The notes under the pieces: generated by a model
Told to the model about the DNA's origin: nothing
The model's database searches: none
Seen by the model: only the letters and a program-made list of their open reading frames with translations
Sequence record: LC727699.1
Length of the DNA: 64,000 bases
Reading direction: 5' to 3' (one strand)
Translations under genes and position numbers: made by a program
Shown here: positions 9,573 to 18,941 of the stretch, in pieces
Position numbering within the stretch: the stretch's first letter is position 1
Layout: every line of letters starts with the position of its first letter

Positions 9573-10142
9573 ATGGCTATTCTATCTGATAAAACAATCA
9601 CTGACTTATCTAAAGGTCGTGAACCAATGATTACGGATTTCATTGGTCACCAGGTCCGTGAAAAAGATGGTAAAAAGATTATTAGTTATGGGCTTAGTTC
9701 ATATGGGTACGATGTAAGGCTAGCCCGTAATTTTAAGATCTTTTCTAATGTAACAAGTGCAGTTATTGACCCATTAGACCCTAGTGATGGATTCTTAGTA
9801 GATTGGACTGGTGATTATTGTATTATTCCACCTAACAGTTATATTCTTGGTCATACTGTAGAATCGTTTAATATTCCAGATGATGTCCTAGCTATTTGCA
9901 CAGGTAAATCAACCTATGCACGACTAGGTGCAATTGTTAATGTCACTCCTATTGAACCAGGTTTCAAAGGACAAGTCGTTATTGAGATTGCAAACTGCAC
10001 TACACTACCTCTAAAAATTTATGCTGATATGGGTATTGCTCAGTTTATGTTCTTTAGAGGTGATGCCCCATGTGAAGTTAGTTATGCAAAACGTAATGGT
10101 AAATATCAAAATCAAATTGGTATCACAACAGCGAGACTTTAA
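9573..10142 (+). CDS. dcd: dCTP deaminase
   Basis: ISYGLSSYGYD, GKSTYARLG, TPIEPGFKG, EIANCT, GIAQFMF and Y..R.GKYQNQ are canonical Dcd motifs. Confidence 0.95.
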   Translation: MAILSDKTITDLSKGREPMITDFIGHQVREKDGKKIISYGLSSYGYDVRLARNFKIFSNVTSAVIDPLDPSDGFLVDWTGDYCIIPPNSYILGHTVESFNIPDDVLAICTGKSTYARLGAIVNVTPIEPGFKGQVVIEIANCTTLPLKIYADMGIAQFMFFRGDAPCEVSYAKRNGKYQNQIGITTARL

Positions 10143-10144
10143 TA

Positions 10145-10381
10145 ATGCTTAGTCCTAACCAAGAAAAGTTTGTCAGTCGGCTAACTGAAATTACAAAGGC
10201 ATCTGATTCAGAACTTTGTGCAGTTAATGATACAATCTCATTTGATATTTCAACTGATAACATGCATGCTGAATTCTTTAATTTGGTTGCTGAACTGCAT
10301 TTTAAGATTGTTCATATGTTTCCAATTAACCAATATAACACTCGTTATCGGGTTGTTATTCATGAACCATTCTATCTATGA
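10145..10381 (+). CDS. Hypothetical protein
   Basis: 78 aa, directly after dcd. Confidence 0.7.
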   Translation: MLSPNQEKFVSRLTEITKASDSELCAVNDTISFDISTDNMHAEFFNLVAELHFKIVHMFPINQYNTRYRVVIHEPFYL

Positions 10382-10404
10382 TTGACCAACATAGTGGTTT
10401 ATAC

Positions 10405-10442
10405 ATTCAAAGCATTTTAAACAGTATATCACAAATGTGATA
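10405..10442 (+). promoter_or_regulatory. Early promoter (class A)
   Basis: AAAGCATTTTAAACAG-TATATCAC-AAATGTGATA, 33/34 identical to 36017-36050. Confidence 0.7.
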
Positions 10443-10471
10443 TAATCAACATATATAGGAGATTCTAATAC

Positions 10472-10948
10472 ATGTCACGCAATACTATTTCTTCCTGGAG
10501 TGAACTTGGTTCAATGCTGGGTGTACAGCCGAAGCCGGTTCAGAAGAAACAGAAAAATCGAGCTAAAAAGAATCATGAAGCTGCGGTTCGTAAAAATTCT
10601 AGGGAAACCTTTATGGACATTGCTGCAAAACAAACTAAATCAAGTCCTAACTTCCGTAAGAACAAACAAAAAGATGTTCGTCATTGCAGTGTATGTGATA
10701 ATATTAAACTAAAAGAAAATGGTATCGAAGAAGGACGGGCCAAACCAATTGGTATGACCGAATTAGCTAAGTTCAAAGTTGAGCTAGCAAAAAATGGTCT
10801 TGAGCTATTCGGTTGTGAAGTACGTAAGCAAGAATCTTTTGCAGATGCATTTTATGGTAATAATACCATTTGTGAAGAAACTGCAAAGCTGATTAAAGCA
10901 TACCAGGAAGAGTTTGATTCAGTCTTCCGCCGCGCTATTACTGCCTAA
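10472..10948 (+). CDS. Basic hypothetical protein with one CxxC
   Basis: 158 aa, Lys-rich, AGGAG RBS. Confidence 0.8.
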   Translation: MSRNTISSWSELGSMLGVQPKPVQKKQKNRAKKNHEAAVRKNSRETFMDIAAKQTKSSPNFRKNKQKDVRHCSVCDNIKLKENGIEEGRAKPIGMTELAKFKVELAKNGLELFGCEVRKQESFADAFYGNNTICEETAKLIKAYQEEFDSVFRRAITA

Positions 10949-11007
10949 CGATATAGGGGACCTTCTGGTCCCCTTAGTCATTATTATTTTTTTTTGGATT
11001 TTAGCTA

Positions 11008-11198
11008 TGGATGATATTGAAAAGAAAATAGCCAAAATGGAAGCTCTATTTAGGTACCATGGTATTACCGTTGATATTAACCATAAGTTGAAACCTAATG
11101 CTAAGACAAAATTAACTCGTGCGGAAATTAACCGATTACAAATACAATATGATAAGCTTTTAGCTGAACGCGAAGAAGCTTTAAAAGCAATTCCTTAA
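11008..11198 (+). CDS. Hypothetical protein (track ORF 10914; start uncertain)
   Basis: MDDIEKKIAKMEALFRYHG..., avoids overlap with the upstream gene. Confidence 0.6.
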
Positions 11199-11202
11199 AT
11201 TA

Positions 11203-11433
11203 TTGAGGATTTATAAAATGTTCAAGCGCGTTATGAGATATATTCGTGTTTTGAAATTAATTGTTATTTTCTATGTTAGGCGACAACTGGGTTTACACGA
11301 TTATTGTACACGAAAAAATACAATTGCATTAGATCGTGAAAATAATAAACGTGTTCAAATAAATGCTATTTCTCGTAAAGTCGAAGAAGCATTATTTAAA
11401 GTTGAACTAGCTGCGATAATGAGTAAGCGGTAA
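11203..11433 (+). CDS. Hypothetical protein (likely ATG at 11218)
   Basis: GAGGA RBS precedes ATG 11218. Confidence 0.65.
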   Translation: MRIYKMFKRVMRYIRVLKLIVIFYVRRQLGLHDYCTRKNTIALDRENNKRVQINAISRKVEEALFKVELAAIMSKR

Positions 11434-11445
11434 TGTTGTCATAAA

Positions 11446-11500
11446 GCCCTCCCTTCGGGGAGGGCTATTGCACTAAATTTTATTTGAGATCTACATTATA
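11446..11500 (+). promoter_or_regulatory. Terminator plus early-promoter cassette (class B, variant core TACATTAT)
   Basis: GCCCTCCC-TTCG-GGGAGGGC then CTAAATTTTATTTGAGATC; 45 bp identical to 26564-26608. Confidence 0.75.
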
Positions 11501-11543
11501 GATTAGCATATACTAATGGAAACATCTACATGAGGTAATTATC

Positions 11544-11843
11544 GTGAACGAAGCTATTATTTCACTGGACCGCAGAGGAGCCCATCATTTAGGATCTCGC
11601 GGTTATCCAATTAGATCAATTGGAGATGTTACAGTATTTGATTTGAATCATAATCAACTATATCCCAAAATCCATTCTCTTAAAGATCAAAATCATGATG
11701 GATGGCACTCCATTAGTGTTGATGATGAAAATGGAGTAACAGCATATACGTTTGTTTTGAATATGGATCTTAATCTAGGATGGCTAAGACCTAAGCAGCC
11801 TAATGTTGGTGGTGGATATATCAAAATCAAATTTGAACAATAA
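11544..11843 (+). CDS. Hypothetical protein
   Basis: 99 aa, GTG start with GAGGT RBS. Confidence 0.7.
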   Translation: MNEAIISLDRRGAHHLGSRGYPIRSIGDVTVFDLNHNQLYPKIHSLKDQNHDGWHSISVDDENGVTAYTFVLNMDLNLGWLRPKQPNVGGGYIKIKFEQ

Positions 11844-11866
11844 GCGGTGTGTACACCGCTTTTATT
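11842..11866 (+). terminator. Intrinsic terminator
   Basis: AAGCGGTG-TGTA-CACCGCTT followed by TTATT. Confidence 0.65.
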
Positions 11867-11892
11867 CCGTGTTTATACTCAAAAGGTAATTT

Positions 11893-13026
11893 ATGATTAT
11901 GTTTAAGTACTTAAAAAATGTTATTGATATTTTTAACAAACCAAAAAAGGTAGATACATTAGAACAAAAGATAGCTAATCTAAATGATAAATACATCAGA
12001 GAAAATGTAGATGTTGATCAAATTGATATTCTGTCAGGTTATTTCACAGGAATGCTATCTGGGAAATTACATGATCGAAGTTTAGTATGGGGTTATTATA
12101 CCAAAGAAACTAAGACATGGATGATTTATTTTGTTGAACAAAATTTTGATTCATTCATGTATAAAGTAACTAATAATTCATTAGATATTATTAATCTAAC
12201 TGATATAGAAGATCTTAAATTATTCTATTTCTCTAATGAACAATACATACCTGTAAATACACCAATCAATAGTGATCTAAATGTGGCTGTAATTTTCACA
12301 TCAAAACCACTCACTAAGGATTTCATTGATCCATCTTTAATAGATCAAGTTAAATCAGTTAATAGTAATTACAAGATTGTGATGGGTGGGTTATCTAATA
12401 ATTCCAAATTTGATAGTAACCCAATAACTCTAATTGTAGAGTCTTATGAAGCAGATGGTGATATCGTCGTAGTTGAACTAACTAATGGTACAACTGTGGC
12501 CATCAATAGAAAACTACTTAATATGTTTATGTATCAGTCAAGAATAGTTGATACATGTAATAACTCAAAAGTGCTTATAGATTTCAATGGACGGCTAAAG
12601 TTCACACCTATGGAGAATCATTTAGGTGGTATAAATAGTGCAATGCATTATTGGTCAAGTAATGGAATTATCAAAATTAGGTGTGACTATAGTATCATAT
12701 TAGATCTAGATAAGTTTCCAGAGATTGCTAATCATATTGGAAACTGGATACATATTGAAGCTAAGACAATTGCAAAAGTAATTGACTCGGTTGTGGTACC
12801 ATACTTAACAAATGGGGAGCTTAGTACGCTCATTGTTGATTTAGATAATATCGATATTCAGTATCGTGGTTTAACATTATCTGGTAATATCAGCTTGCGT
12901 GATCGTTTAGATAAATGCAAAATCAAACTGATAAATCCATCAACTGATCCATATGAGATACCTAGTCTAAATGGTAAACGTGATGTCCATGGTTTTTATA
13001 GAGTAGATGGAAGTTTATTAAAATGA
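11893..13026 (+). CDS. Hypothetical protein (377 aa)
   Basis: Long AT-rich ORF with AAGGT RBS; no motif recognised. Confidence 0.85.
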   Translation: MIMFKYLKNVIDIFNKPKKVDTLEQKIANLNDKYIRENVDVDQIDILSGYFTGMLSGKLHDRSLVWGYYTKETKTWMIYFVEQNFDSFMYKVTNNSLDIINLTDIEDLKLFYFSNEQYIPVNTPINSDLNVAVIFTSKPLTKDFIDPSLIDQVKSVNSNYKIVMGGLSNNSKFDSNPITLIVESYEADGDIVVVELTNGTTVAINRKLLNMFMYQSRIVDTCNNSKVLIDFNGRLKFTPMENHLGGINSAMHYWSSNGIIKIRCDYSIILDLDKFPEIANHIGNWIHIEAKTIAKVIDSVVVPYLTNGELSTLIVDLDNIDIQYRGLTLSGNISLRDRLDKCKIKLINPSTDPYEIPSLNGKRDVHGFYRVDGSLLK

Positions 13027-13493
13027 TTAAATTAGTGATTAGTCTTTTTTATAAAATAGTTAATGAAAAGATGTCTCCCACATATAAGAAATTAGTTACA
13101 TTAGATAGAAATGGGTACATTTTCAATAATAAACAAGATCTGTATTCGATTAATCTTTCACTCTATCTTGAACTCATTCATTCAGTGACGAATGACTATA
13201 TTGTTCAAGAAATTATAATGTGTCTAAGTTCTAAGCCACAAGCAGTGAAAGAACTATTCCTTGAAGACCTAAGTACTAATAATCAACTACATTATTCATT
13301 GTTAGCTTGTAAAATAATGAATGAGAGGAAAATCATTAATAAGAATATTAATAAAGCGTGTGCTAAAAATATGGCTACTTTTTTAAAGGGTTATTTCCCA
13401 AGAGACTACTTCACTTGGTATAGTTGTCTCTATTTAGCCCTATCGGCTAAAAATAAAGCTGAGAATAACAAAGTATCTGTTATTAATGAGTAA
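13023..13493 (+). CDS. Hypothetical protein
   Basis: 156 aa, ATGA-coupled. Confidence 0.75.
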   Translation: MIKLVISLFYKIVNEKMSPTYKKLVTLDRNGYIFNNKQDLYSINLSLYLELIHSVTNDYIVQEIIMCLSSKPQAVKELFLEDLSTNNQLHYSLLACKIMNERKIINKNINKACAKNMATFLKGYFPRDYFTWYSCLYLALSAKNKAENNKVSVINE

Positions 13494-13595
13494 ATACAAT
13501 ACTATGTAGTAGTATTTCTATTACGTACCTTTCGAGGCATATACTCCATGACTTATGTTGTGGGGTATATGTGTTATAATGTTTAAGAGGTTAAA

Positions 13596-13943
13596 ATGCA
13601 AAAGCAACTAAATTCTGATGATCTAGATGTTCTTGACTCCTTTAATGCAGCATGGGAAATTGTTAAGGAAGAACATACTGATCTATTCTCACGTATAGCG
13701 ATGATGGCTATTAATAAGTTAACTGATGATGATATCTCAGTCAATGATACTAAAGTAAGTATTCAACAAGTAGTTAATTTCCATGAGCGAATTCGAGATA
13801 TCATTCCTAGCTCTGAGATTGTTAATCTTACGATTGTTAAAACTATCTTAGGTGAAATGAATGGTTGGTTAGAATTTGATGAACTTAATGAAGAACTATT
13901 TACAGCTTTAGGCAAAGCTTATAGCACTGTTAACTTTAATTGA
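13596..13943 (+). CDS. Hypothetical helical protein
   Basis: 115 aa, GAGGT RBS. Confidence 0.8.
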   Translation: MQKQLNSDDLDVLDSFNAAWEIVKEEHTDLFSRIAMMAINKLTDDDISVNDTKVSIQQVVNFHERIRDIIPSSEIVNLTIVKTILGEMNGWLEFDELNEELFTALGKAYSTVNFN

Positions 13944-14011
13944 TCATTAATATGAAAATTAAAACAATATAAGTGAGGCATGTGCCTCACTACATAGTAG
14001 AGGACTAACAC

Positions 14012-14344
14012 ATGCAGATTCAATTAGATCCATTAATGGTTTACCATGGTAGTACTAGATCTTTATTTGATGAAGATTCTAGTTTAAATGTTGTCGATGT
14101 AAGAGGCATTCAATTAAATGCTGAAGGGATAGCTGATAACAAAAATTACTATTTTGATTATGGACGTAAGAAAGATGATGATGGTGAAATACTCACTGTT
14201 TACGTACATGATCGAAATGCAGCTAAAGATTTTATTGTACTGTACGTTGAATTCCATTTAGGCACACATAAATTTCATACGTATGTACATCCACAATATC
14301 GGCATAAATTTCCAGTATTAGTACTGGAGTTATTATTCGTTTAA
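14012..14344 (+). CDS. Hypothetical protein
   Basis: 110 aa, GAGGA RBS, followed by a terminator. Confidence 0.8.
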   Translation: MQIQLDPLMVYHGSTRSLFDEDSSLNVVDVRGIQLNAEGIADNKNYYFDYGRKKDDDGEILTVYVHDRNAAKDFIVLYVEFHLGTHKFHTYVHPQYRHKFPVLVLELLFV

Positions 14345-14349
14345 TATTA

Positions 14350-14380
14350 AGGGACTCTTAATGAGAGTCCCTATTTATTT
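14350..14380 (+). terminator. Intrinsic terminator
   Basis: AGGGACTCT-TAATG-AGAGTCCCT followed by ATTTATTT. Confidence 0.75.
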
Positions 14381-14532
14381 TGCGTAAGTGTATATATGAA
14401 AAAGAAAGCATTTATTGAAACTAGTCTAAAATATTCAAACACCAAATATAACAAAGCGATCATCTGTAATGAAATAAAATTCAAACGGTACTAAACATAC
14501 TAACCCTATGAATTAAAACGCACGGTGGTTGT

Positions 14533-14931
14533 ATGAAAATCTATGGTTCTTCTTTTCATGAGGTCACACTAGAATATGGAAAACCCTTTATACGCAATGG
14601 GGTTTTAAAACATTTACCTGATCTAGGTACACCAGACTTAGGATGGACTGATTTTAATATCCTTGAAATTATTCCAGGACCAGGTTATATCGATAAGAAT
14701 ACTCTAAACTTTTATAAAGAAAGAGATTGCTTATTTCCAGCAATCGTCAGGTTTACTGTATTTGAAGAAGAGCGTAATCGTATTATATCAACAATTAATG
14801 TTGATCTGGCGAAAAAGGAATTAGAGTGGAATAAGACTGATCGTTTTTGGGAAATCGAAAACTTTGCAATTAGATTCCAATTAACTCAAAATCCTTATTC
14901 AGTTTTATGGGCATCCAATGGATCACTATAG
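14533..14931 (+). CDS. Hypothetical protein
   Basis: 132 aa, GGTGG RBS. Confidence 0.75.
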   Translation: MKIYGSSFHEVTLEYGKPFIRNGVLKHLPDLGTPDLGWTDFNILEIIPGPGYIDKNTLNFYKERDCLFPAIVRFTVFEEERNRIISTINVDLAKKELEWNKTDRFWEIENFAIRFQLTQNPYSVLWASNGSL

Positions 14932-15352
14932 GTGTCATATGCTTACAATGGTTCCGTTATACCCTGGTGTGAGAGGATATCTTGAAGACTCGGTATTTTC
15001 AAAGAATGGGATTAATGATATTGGTTATCATAAATGGCTATCCCCTAAACGAGTGGTAGGTCCAGATGGACTAATCATTAGTGAGGTAAAGATAACTCCA
15101 CGTATAGCCAGAATGGAAGGCGAAGTAATTCTTAAAGTATGGGATAAATGGCGAAGAGCCCAGCCTAAGCTAGTTGCTACTGTGTATATTGATCCTAAAG
15201 ATAATTCATACAGGGTAGAAGTAGAGCCTTTTTATGCATGTCGTCGGATATTACTTGAAGTGGATTTATGGGCTCAAGTAATACCTGGTGACCGTGCACC
15301 ATTTGTAAATGACTCTGTAGATGGTACATGGGCATCAAGAGATATTATTTAA
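14918..15352 (+). CDS. Hypothetical protein
   Basis: 144 aa in an overlapping operon arrangement. Confidence 0.75.
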   Translation: MDHYRCHMLTMVPLYPGVRGYLEDSVFSKNGINDIGYHKWLSPKRVVGPDGLIISEVKITPRIARMEGEVILKVWDKWRRAQPKLVATVYIDPKDNSYRVEVEPFYACRRILLEVDLWAQVIPGDRAPFVNDSVDGTWASRDII

Positions 15353-15666
15353 TGCTTATACCAATTAAACTTCGTAAGACATTTAAAAGACTGGGCAAAA
15401 GACATTCTAAAAGAGTGTTGGCTGCCCAGTCATCTTTTCTGCCGTTTGGTGAATTAACGTTGAGGAAGCAAAGAATGCCTAAGAAAAATAAAGAATATAT
15501 TCTTGATGTTATTGATACTAATACTAAAGAACTACAGGCACAGATTAATACGTTAAGTGAACTTGTATGTGAACAACAGAAACAAATTAGTTTATTAAAC
15601 AGAACACTAGTTGAGTTACAAGATAATTTGAAAAAAAAGATAGGGATTAAAAATGAATGTAGTTGA
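15328..15666 (+). CDS. Hypothetical coiled-coil protein (start uncertain)
   Basis: Heptad-like C-terminus ELQAQINTLSELVCEQQKQISLLNRTLVELQDNL. Confidence 0.6.
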   Translation: MGIKRYYLMLIPIKLRKTFKRLGKRHSKRVLAAQSSFLPFGELTLRKQRMPKKNKEYILDVIDTNTKELQAQINTLSELVCEQQKQISLLNRTLVELQDNLKKKIGIKNECS

Positions 15667-15982
15667 TGAGTACCTACTTTTGACCTTATTCTGGATAGTT
15701 GTTTTATTTTCATTTATCCATGTATCGCAACGTTATAAACGAATTAAAGAAAAACGAAGAGTTGATTTTCTAGTTAAAAGAGAATTAGTATATAATTATT
15801 TCAAAGTAACAGATCCTTCTGAATTAACTAATGATTCTATAGAAAGTATTATACTTAAATTAATTGGTGATAATTATAGAAAATTAACAGATATGCAGAA
15901 ATTAGTAATTAGGGCAGCAGCAGGTCGTGGTTATATGTATAACCCTAACAGACCAATTGGCAAACATTTGAAATATATGTGA
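15653..15982 (+). CDS. Hypothetical membrane protein
   Basis: N-terminal hydrophobic stretch YLLLTLFWIVVLFSFIHV. Confidence 0.75.
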   Translation: MNVVDEYLLLTLFWIVVLFSFIHVSQRYKRIKEKRRVDFLVKRELVYNYFKVTDPSELTNDSIESIILKLIGDNYRKLTDMQKLVIRAAAGRGYMYNPNRPIGKHLKYM

Positions 15983-15991
15983 GTTATAAAA

Positions 15992-16507
15992 ATGTCAGAA
16001 AACCGCCCGTTATATATAGCTGCTATTAAAAAAGATCTTTTAAAAACAACAGGTTTGTATAAACCTTATAGTGATTCACCAATAGCTGTGGTTAGTAATG
16101 AAACCAGTAAGTGGCATGTAATGCTAAATATATTACGACATGGTTGGGAATGGATTGAAATACCTGAAGGTGAGATTAAACAACCGGAAAGTTACCATGA
16201 CTATGTTATTCTAGCATTAACCACTGTATTAACTGATACTTTAGATTATAAAAATGATCCAAACTCTGATAAATATATCAAGCAAATAATCTGTACTGAT
16301 ATAGCACTAAAAGTTGAATATGATAAATTAATCAATGTGCTAGAGACAAGTAACGAGTTAGATTTAGCTGATGAATACACCTTTACTAAACAAGGTAATC
16401 TCAGAGGATATTTCCATTATGATGAGTATTATGGTTTAGATGTACTGGCATGTGCATCTTATGTGATCTGTTCACATATCGAACTAACACCTAGAAATGT
16501 TAAATAA
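15992..16507 (+). CDS. Hypothetical protein
   Basis: 171 aa, in operon. Confidence 0.8.
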   Translation: MSENRPLYIAAIKKDLLKTTGLYKPYSDSPIAVVSNETSKWHVMLNILRHGWEWIEIPEGEIKQPESYHDYVILALTTVLTDTLDYKNDPNSDKYIKQIICTDIALKVEYDKLINVLETSNELDLADEYTFTKQGNLRGYFHYDEYYGLDVLACASYVICSHIELTPRNVK

Positions 16508-16519
16508 TAGGAACTACTG

Positions 16520-17119
16520 ATGAAAAAACGTACCGCTTATATCGATCGTGCTAAATTCCGAGATTTTCTAGCCGAGAAAAAAATTAGCGTAAGTAGCCGA
16601 CAGTGGATTGAAAAGAGCCACCCAGATCATAAAGAATATTACAAGGCAATCCTAGATTACGTCGTATCTAATGTAAAATTCAAAGAAGAACGTTATATTG
16701 AAAAGGCAAATGAGGTTATTATTAATGGGTGTATTCGATATCATCTACCCATTCACGCTCAACGTGCACTAACTGTAGTTGAAGAAGAATTCATTAATAA
16801 TGCTAGTCTTCAATTTACTTATCTGAATGATAATGATACTAATATTGCCAATATTAACTTTGAAGAAGTTCTTGATGCACAAGTAACTGAGAATGAAACT
16901 GAACTAAGACAAAGTTGGGAATATGTCAATTGTGATATCAACCCATCAGAATACTTTATTGATGTTGTTGATGTACCAGAAGAACTAATTCTTCGTCTAT
17001 CTGTATTCCGTTTTGTACACAGTATCAAGAAACTGGAAGTAAAAGATAAGTTAGATCTTGCCGATGTTGTAGGTAAAGATCTAGTTATTGAAGATGGTAA
17101 CGTTAAGGTTGTAGAATGA
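16520..17119 (+). CDS. Hypothetical protein
   Basis: 199 aa, AGGA RBS. Confidence 0.85.
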   Translation: MKKRTAYIDRAKFRDFLAEKKISVSSRQWIEKSHPDHKEYYKAILDYVVSNVKFKEERYIEKANEVIINGCIRYHLPIHAQRALTVVEEEFINNASLQFTYLNDNDTNIANINFEEVLDAQVTENETELRQSWEYVNCDINPSEYFIDVVDVPEELILRLSVFRFVHSIKKLEVKDKLDLADVVGKDLVIEDGNVKVVE

Positions 17120-17172
17120 TTTAAGGCTATTTTAGTAGCTTTATATTCTGATCTTAGCAACCTAGGTACAAC

Positions 17173-17541
17173 GTGATGCAATGTTTAACACACGTAATGA
17201 AGTTAGTGGCCGTATTAAGTACGTTGTTATACGTATCAAACCCACTAGCTGCATCGTTGGTAGTTGACGAGAATTACTGTAATGGTGTTGCACTTATAGC
17301 ACATGCCACAGCAGAAGCACGTCAGCGTAAAACACCCATTTTACAATGGGAAGAAAACCTACGATCCCTAAAAGGGTACGGCGTGAAGAACAAAGATAAC
17401 GTTCTTTACAATGTTCTCCCAGCAGCAATTAAAGAGGTGCACGTTGTGTATTCACGTAGACAAAGCCCACGTGATGCATACGTTACATCATTTAAAACCT
17501 GTATGGATAACAACTACGGTAAAGCTGTGGTTGTAAAATAA
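17173..17541 (+). CDS. Predicted exported two-Cys protein
   Basis: Signal-peptide-like MKLVAVLSTLLYVSNPLAA; ENYC...KTCM. Confidence 0.75.
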   Translation: MMQCLTHVMKLVAVLSTLLYVSNPLAASLVVDENYCNGVALIAHATAEARQRKTPILQWEENLRSLKGYGVKNKDNVLYNVLPAAIKEVHVVYSRRQSPRDAYVTSFKTCMDNNYGKAVVVK

Positions 17542-17543
17542 AT

Positions 17544-17569
17544 ACCAGCCCTTCGGGGCTGGTTTATTT
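17544..17569 (+). terminator. Intrinsic terminator
   Basis: ACCAGCCC-TTCG-GGGCTGGT followed by TTATTT. Confidence 0.85.
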
Positions 17570-17576
17570 CATCTAG

Positions 17577-17894
17577 ATGAGAATCTGTGGGTTGCAAATG
17601 TATAAAGTATTTGTTATATCAATGATAACACTAACGGCTATATCAACATGTGTAACTTTCATTATTAATATAAAAAATCATTATATTCACTGGATGGGTG
17701 TTTATAAGGTTAGATATGTATTAGATAAAATGCCCAATGGCATAAGTTATTTTTTCTATCAAAATGCTGTCCAAGACATTATAGATAAAGAATCATCTAA
17801 AATAACAAATCAACATATTTTTACATCTTTTATTTACGATATCAACTCATTGATTATATTAAAATGTAATAATAGGGAAACAGCAAATGAATGA
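17577..17894 (+). CDS. Hypothetical membrane protein
   Basis: N-terminal hydrophobic helix VFVISMITLTAISTCVTFII. Confidence 0.65.
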   Translation: MRICGLQMYKVFVISMITLTAISTCVTFIINIKNHYIHWMGVYKVRYVLDKMPNGISYFFYQNAVQDIIDKESSKITNQHIFTSFIYDINSLIILKCNNRETANE

Positions 17895-18177
17895 TATCAT
17901 GACAGTAATTATAGGTATTTTGTTTCTGATTATAATGATGGCTTTAATTAACTGGGGTTATTATGCCATCAAACACACGATAAAGTGTAACAGGCTTTAT
18001 AAAGAAGCACTATCAATTATTGACAATATGAGTGATGGTTTATCTGAATACCAGTATACAGTAGCTATTGGACGTTTACGTAAAAAGGCATACTCTATCG
18101 ACCATTTAACTGCTGTTAAAATGTTTGAAGCATTAGACTTAGTTATTAAAGATAAGTCAAGAAAGAAAAATAAATAA
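17887..18177 (+). CDS. Hypothetical membrane protein
   Basis: N-terminal hydrophobic helix IMTVIIGILFLIIMMALINW. Confidence 0.75.
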   Translation: MNDIMTVIIGILFLIIMMALINWGYYAIKHTIKCNRLYKEALSIIDNMSDGLSEYQYTVAIGRLRKKAYSIDHLTAVKMFEALDLVIKDKSRKKNK

Positions 18178-18185
18178 GCATAAAT

Positions 18186-18243
18186 AGGAGAGCTATTTAG
18201 CTCTCCTTTATTGCATTAAATTTTTTTTGAAATCTATATTACA
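18186..18243 (+). promoter_or_regulatory. Terminator plus early-promoter cassette (class B)
   Basis: AGGAGAGCT hairpin, then CATTAAATTTTTTTTGAAATC-TATATTAC-A; 30 bp identical to 33327-33356. Confidence 0.8.
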
Positions 18244-18278
18244 TATTTGGTCAAGTCATATCAAAATAGGTAGTTATA

Positions 18279-18452
18279 ATGCTAGCATTACATTCACTAC
18301 TATTATTAGTTATAGTGATTTGTTATATAATTCATAAGTGGTTGTGGTATACTTTCAATATGTTTAAACTAAAAGACATTATTAAAAATAAAGACAATTT
18401 AACTAATGATGAACTATTAAAATTACTCATTGATAAAATAAAGGCAACCTAA
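18279..18452 (+). CDS. Small membrane protein (57 aa)
   Basis: MLALHSLLLLVIVICYIIHKWLWYTF...; AGGT RBS; TAATG-coupled to the next gene. Confidence 0.7.
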   Translation: MLALHSLLLLVIVICYIIHKWLWYTFNMFKLKDIIKNKDNLTNDELLKLLIDKIKAT

Positions 18453-18919
18453 TGTATCCATTCTTTACAGGTAATGAGAAAGTTACTGTAGATGTTCTTG
18501 ATGATAAACATAATCTACATAGAAGTTGGACTGATTATAAACATCCCATCACGACGCGTGTGGACGGTAAACTAACCAATGTGTGGTATAAAGTTGAACC
18601 ACCGATGAGTGCTAAGGATATTGAAAATAACTTTACAATTGACAAAGATAAAGTTAAATTATCTAATCGTTTGCACCAAGCTTTAGATGCAACGTTGATT
18701 AAAAATGAATTAGAAGAGTTTAACAAATTAATTGATCTATGCGTAAAACATGTTAATTCAGTTAGTATTCATCTAGGTCTTACTATTTGGAAATTAGCAG
18801 ATACTGTAAAATATGAAAAAGCAGATTTAAAGAAACTATTTAATGCACATTATACCAAATCTACTGAACTTGTAAAAGAAAAGAATATAGTGCCCTCAGT
18901 AGAAGATATCTTCCTATAA
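18452..18919 (+). CDS. Hypothetical protein
   Basis: 155 aa, translationally coupled. Confidence 0.8.
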   Translation: MYPFFTGNEKVTVDVLDDKHNLHRSWTDYKHPITTRVDGKLTNVWYKVEPPMSAKDIENNFTIDKDKVKLSNRLHQALDATLIKNELEEFNKLIDLCVKHVNSVSIHLGLTIWKLADTVKYEKADLKKLFNAHYTKSTELVKEKNIVPSVEDIFL

Positions 18920-18941
18920 TTTATTTAAAGGTAATACAAAT

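Noticed and set aside
14012-14344. ART fold from YHGS
   Set aside because: No supporting downstream aromatic or Glu strands
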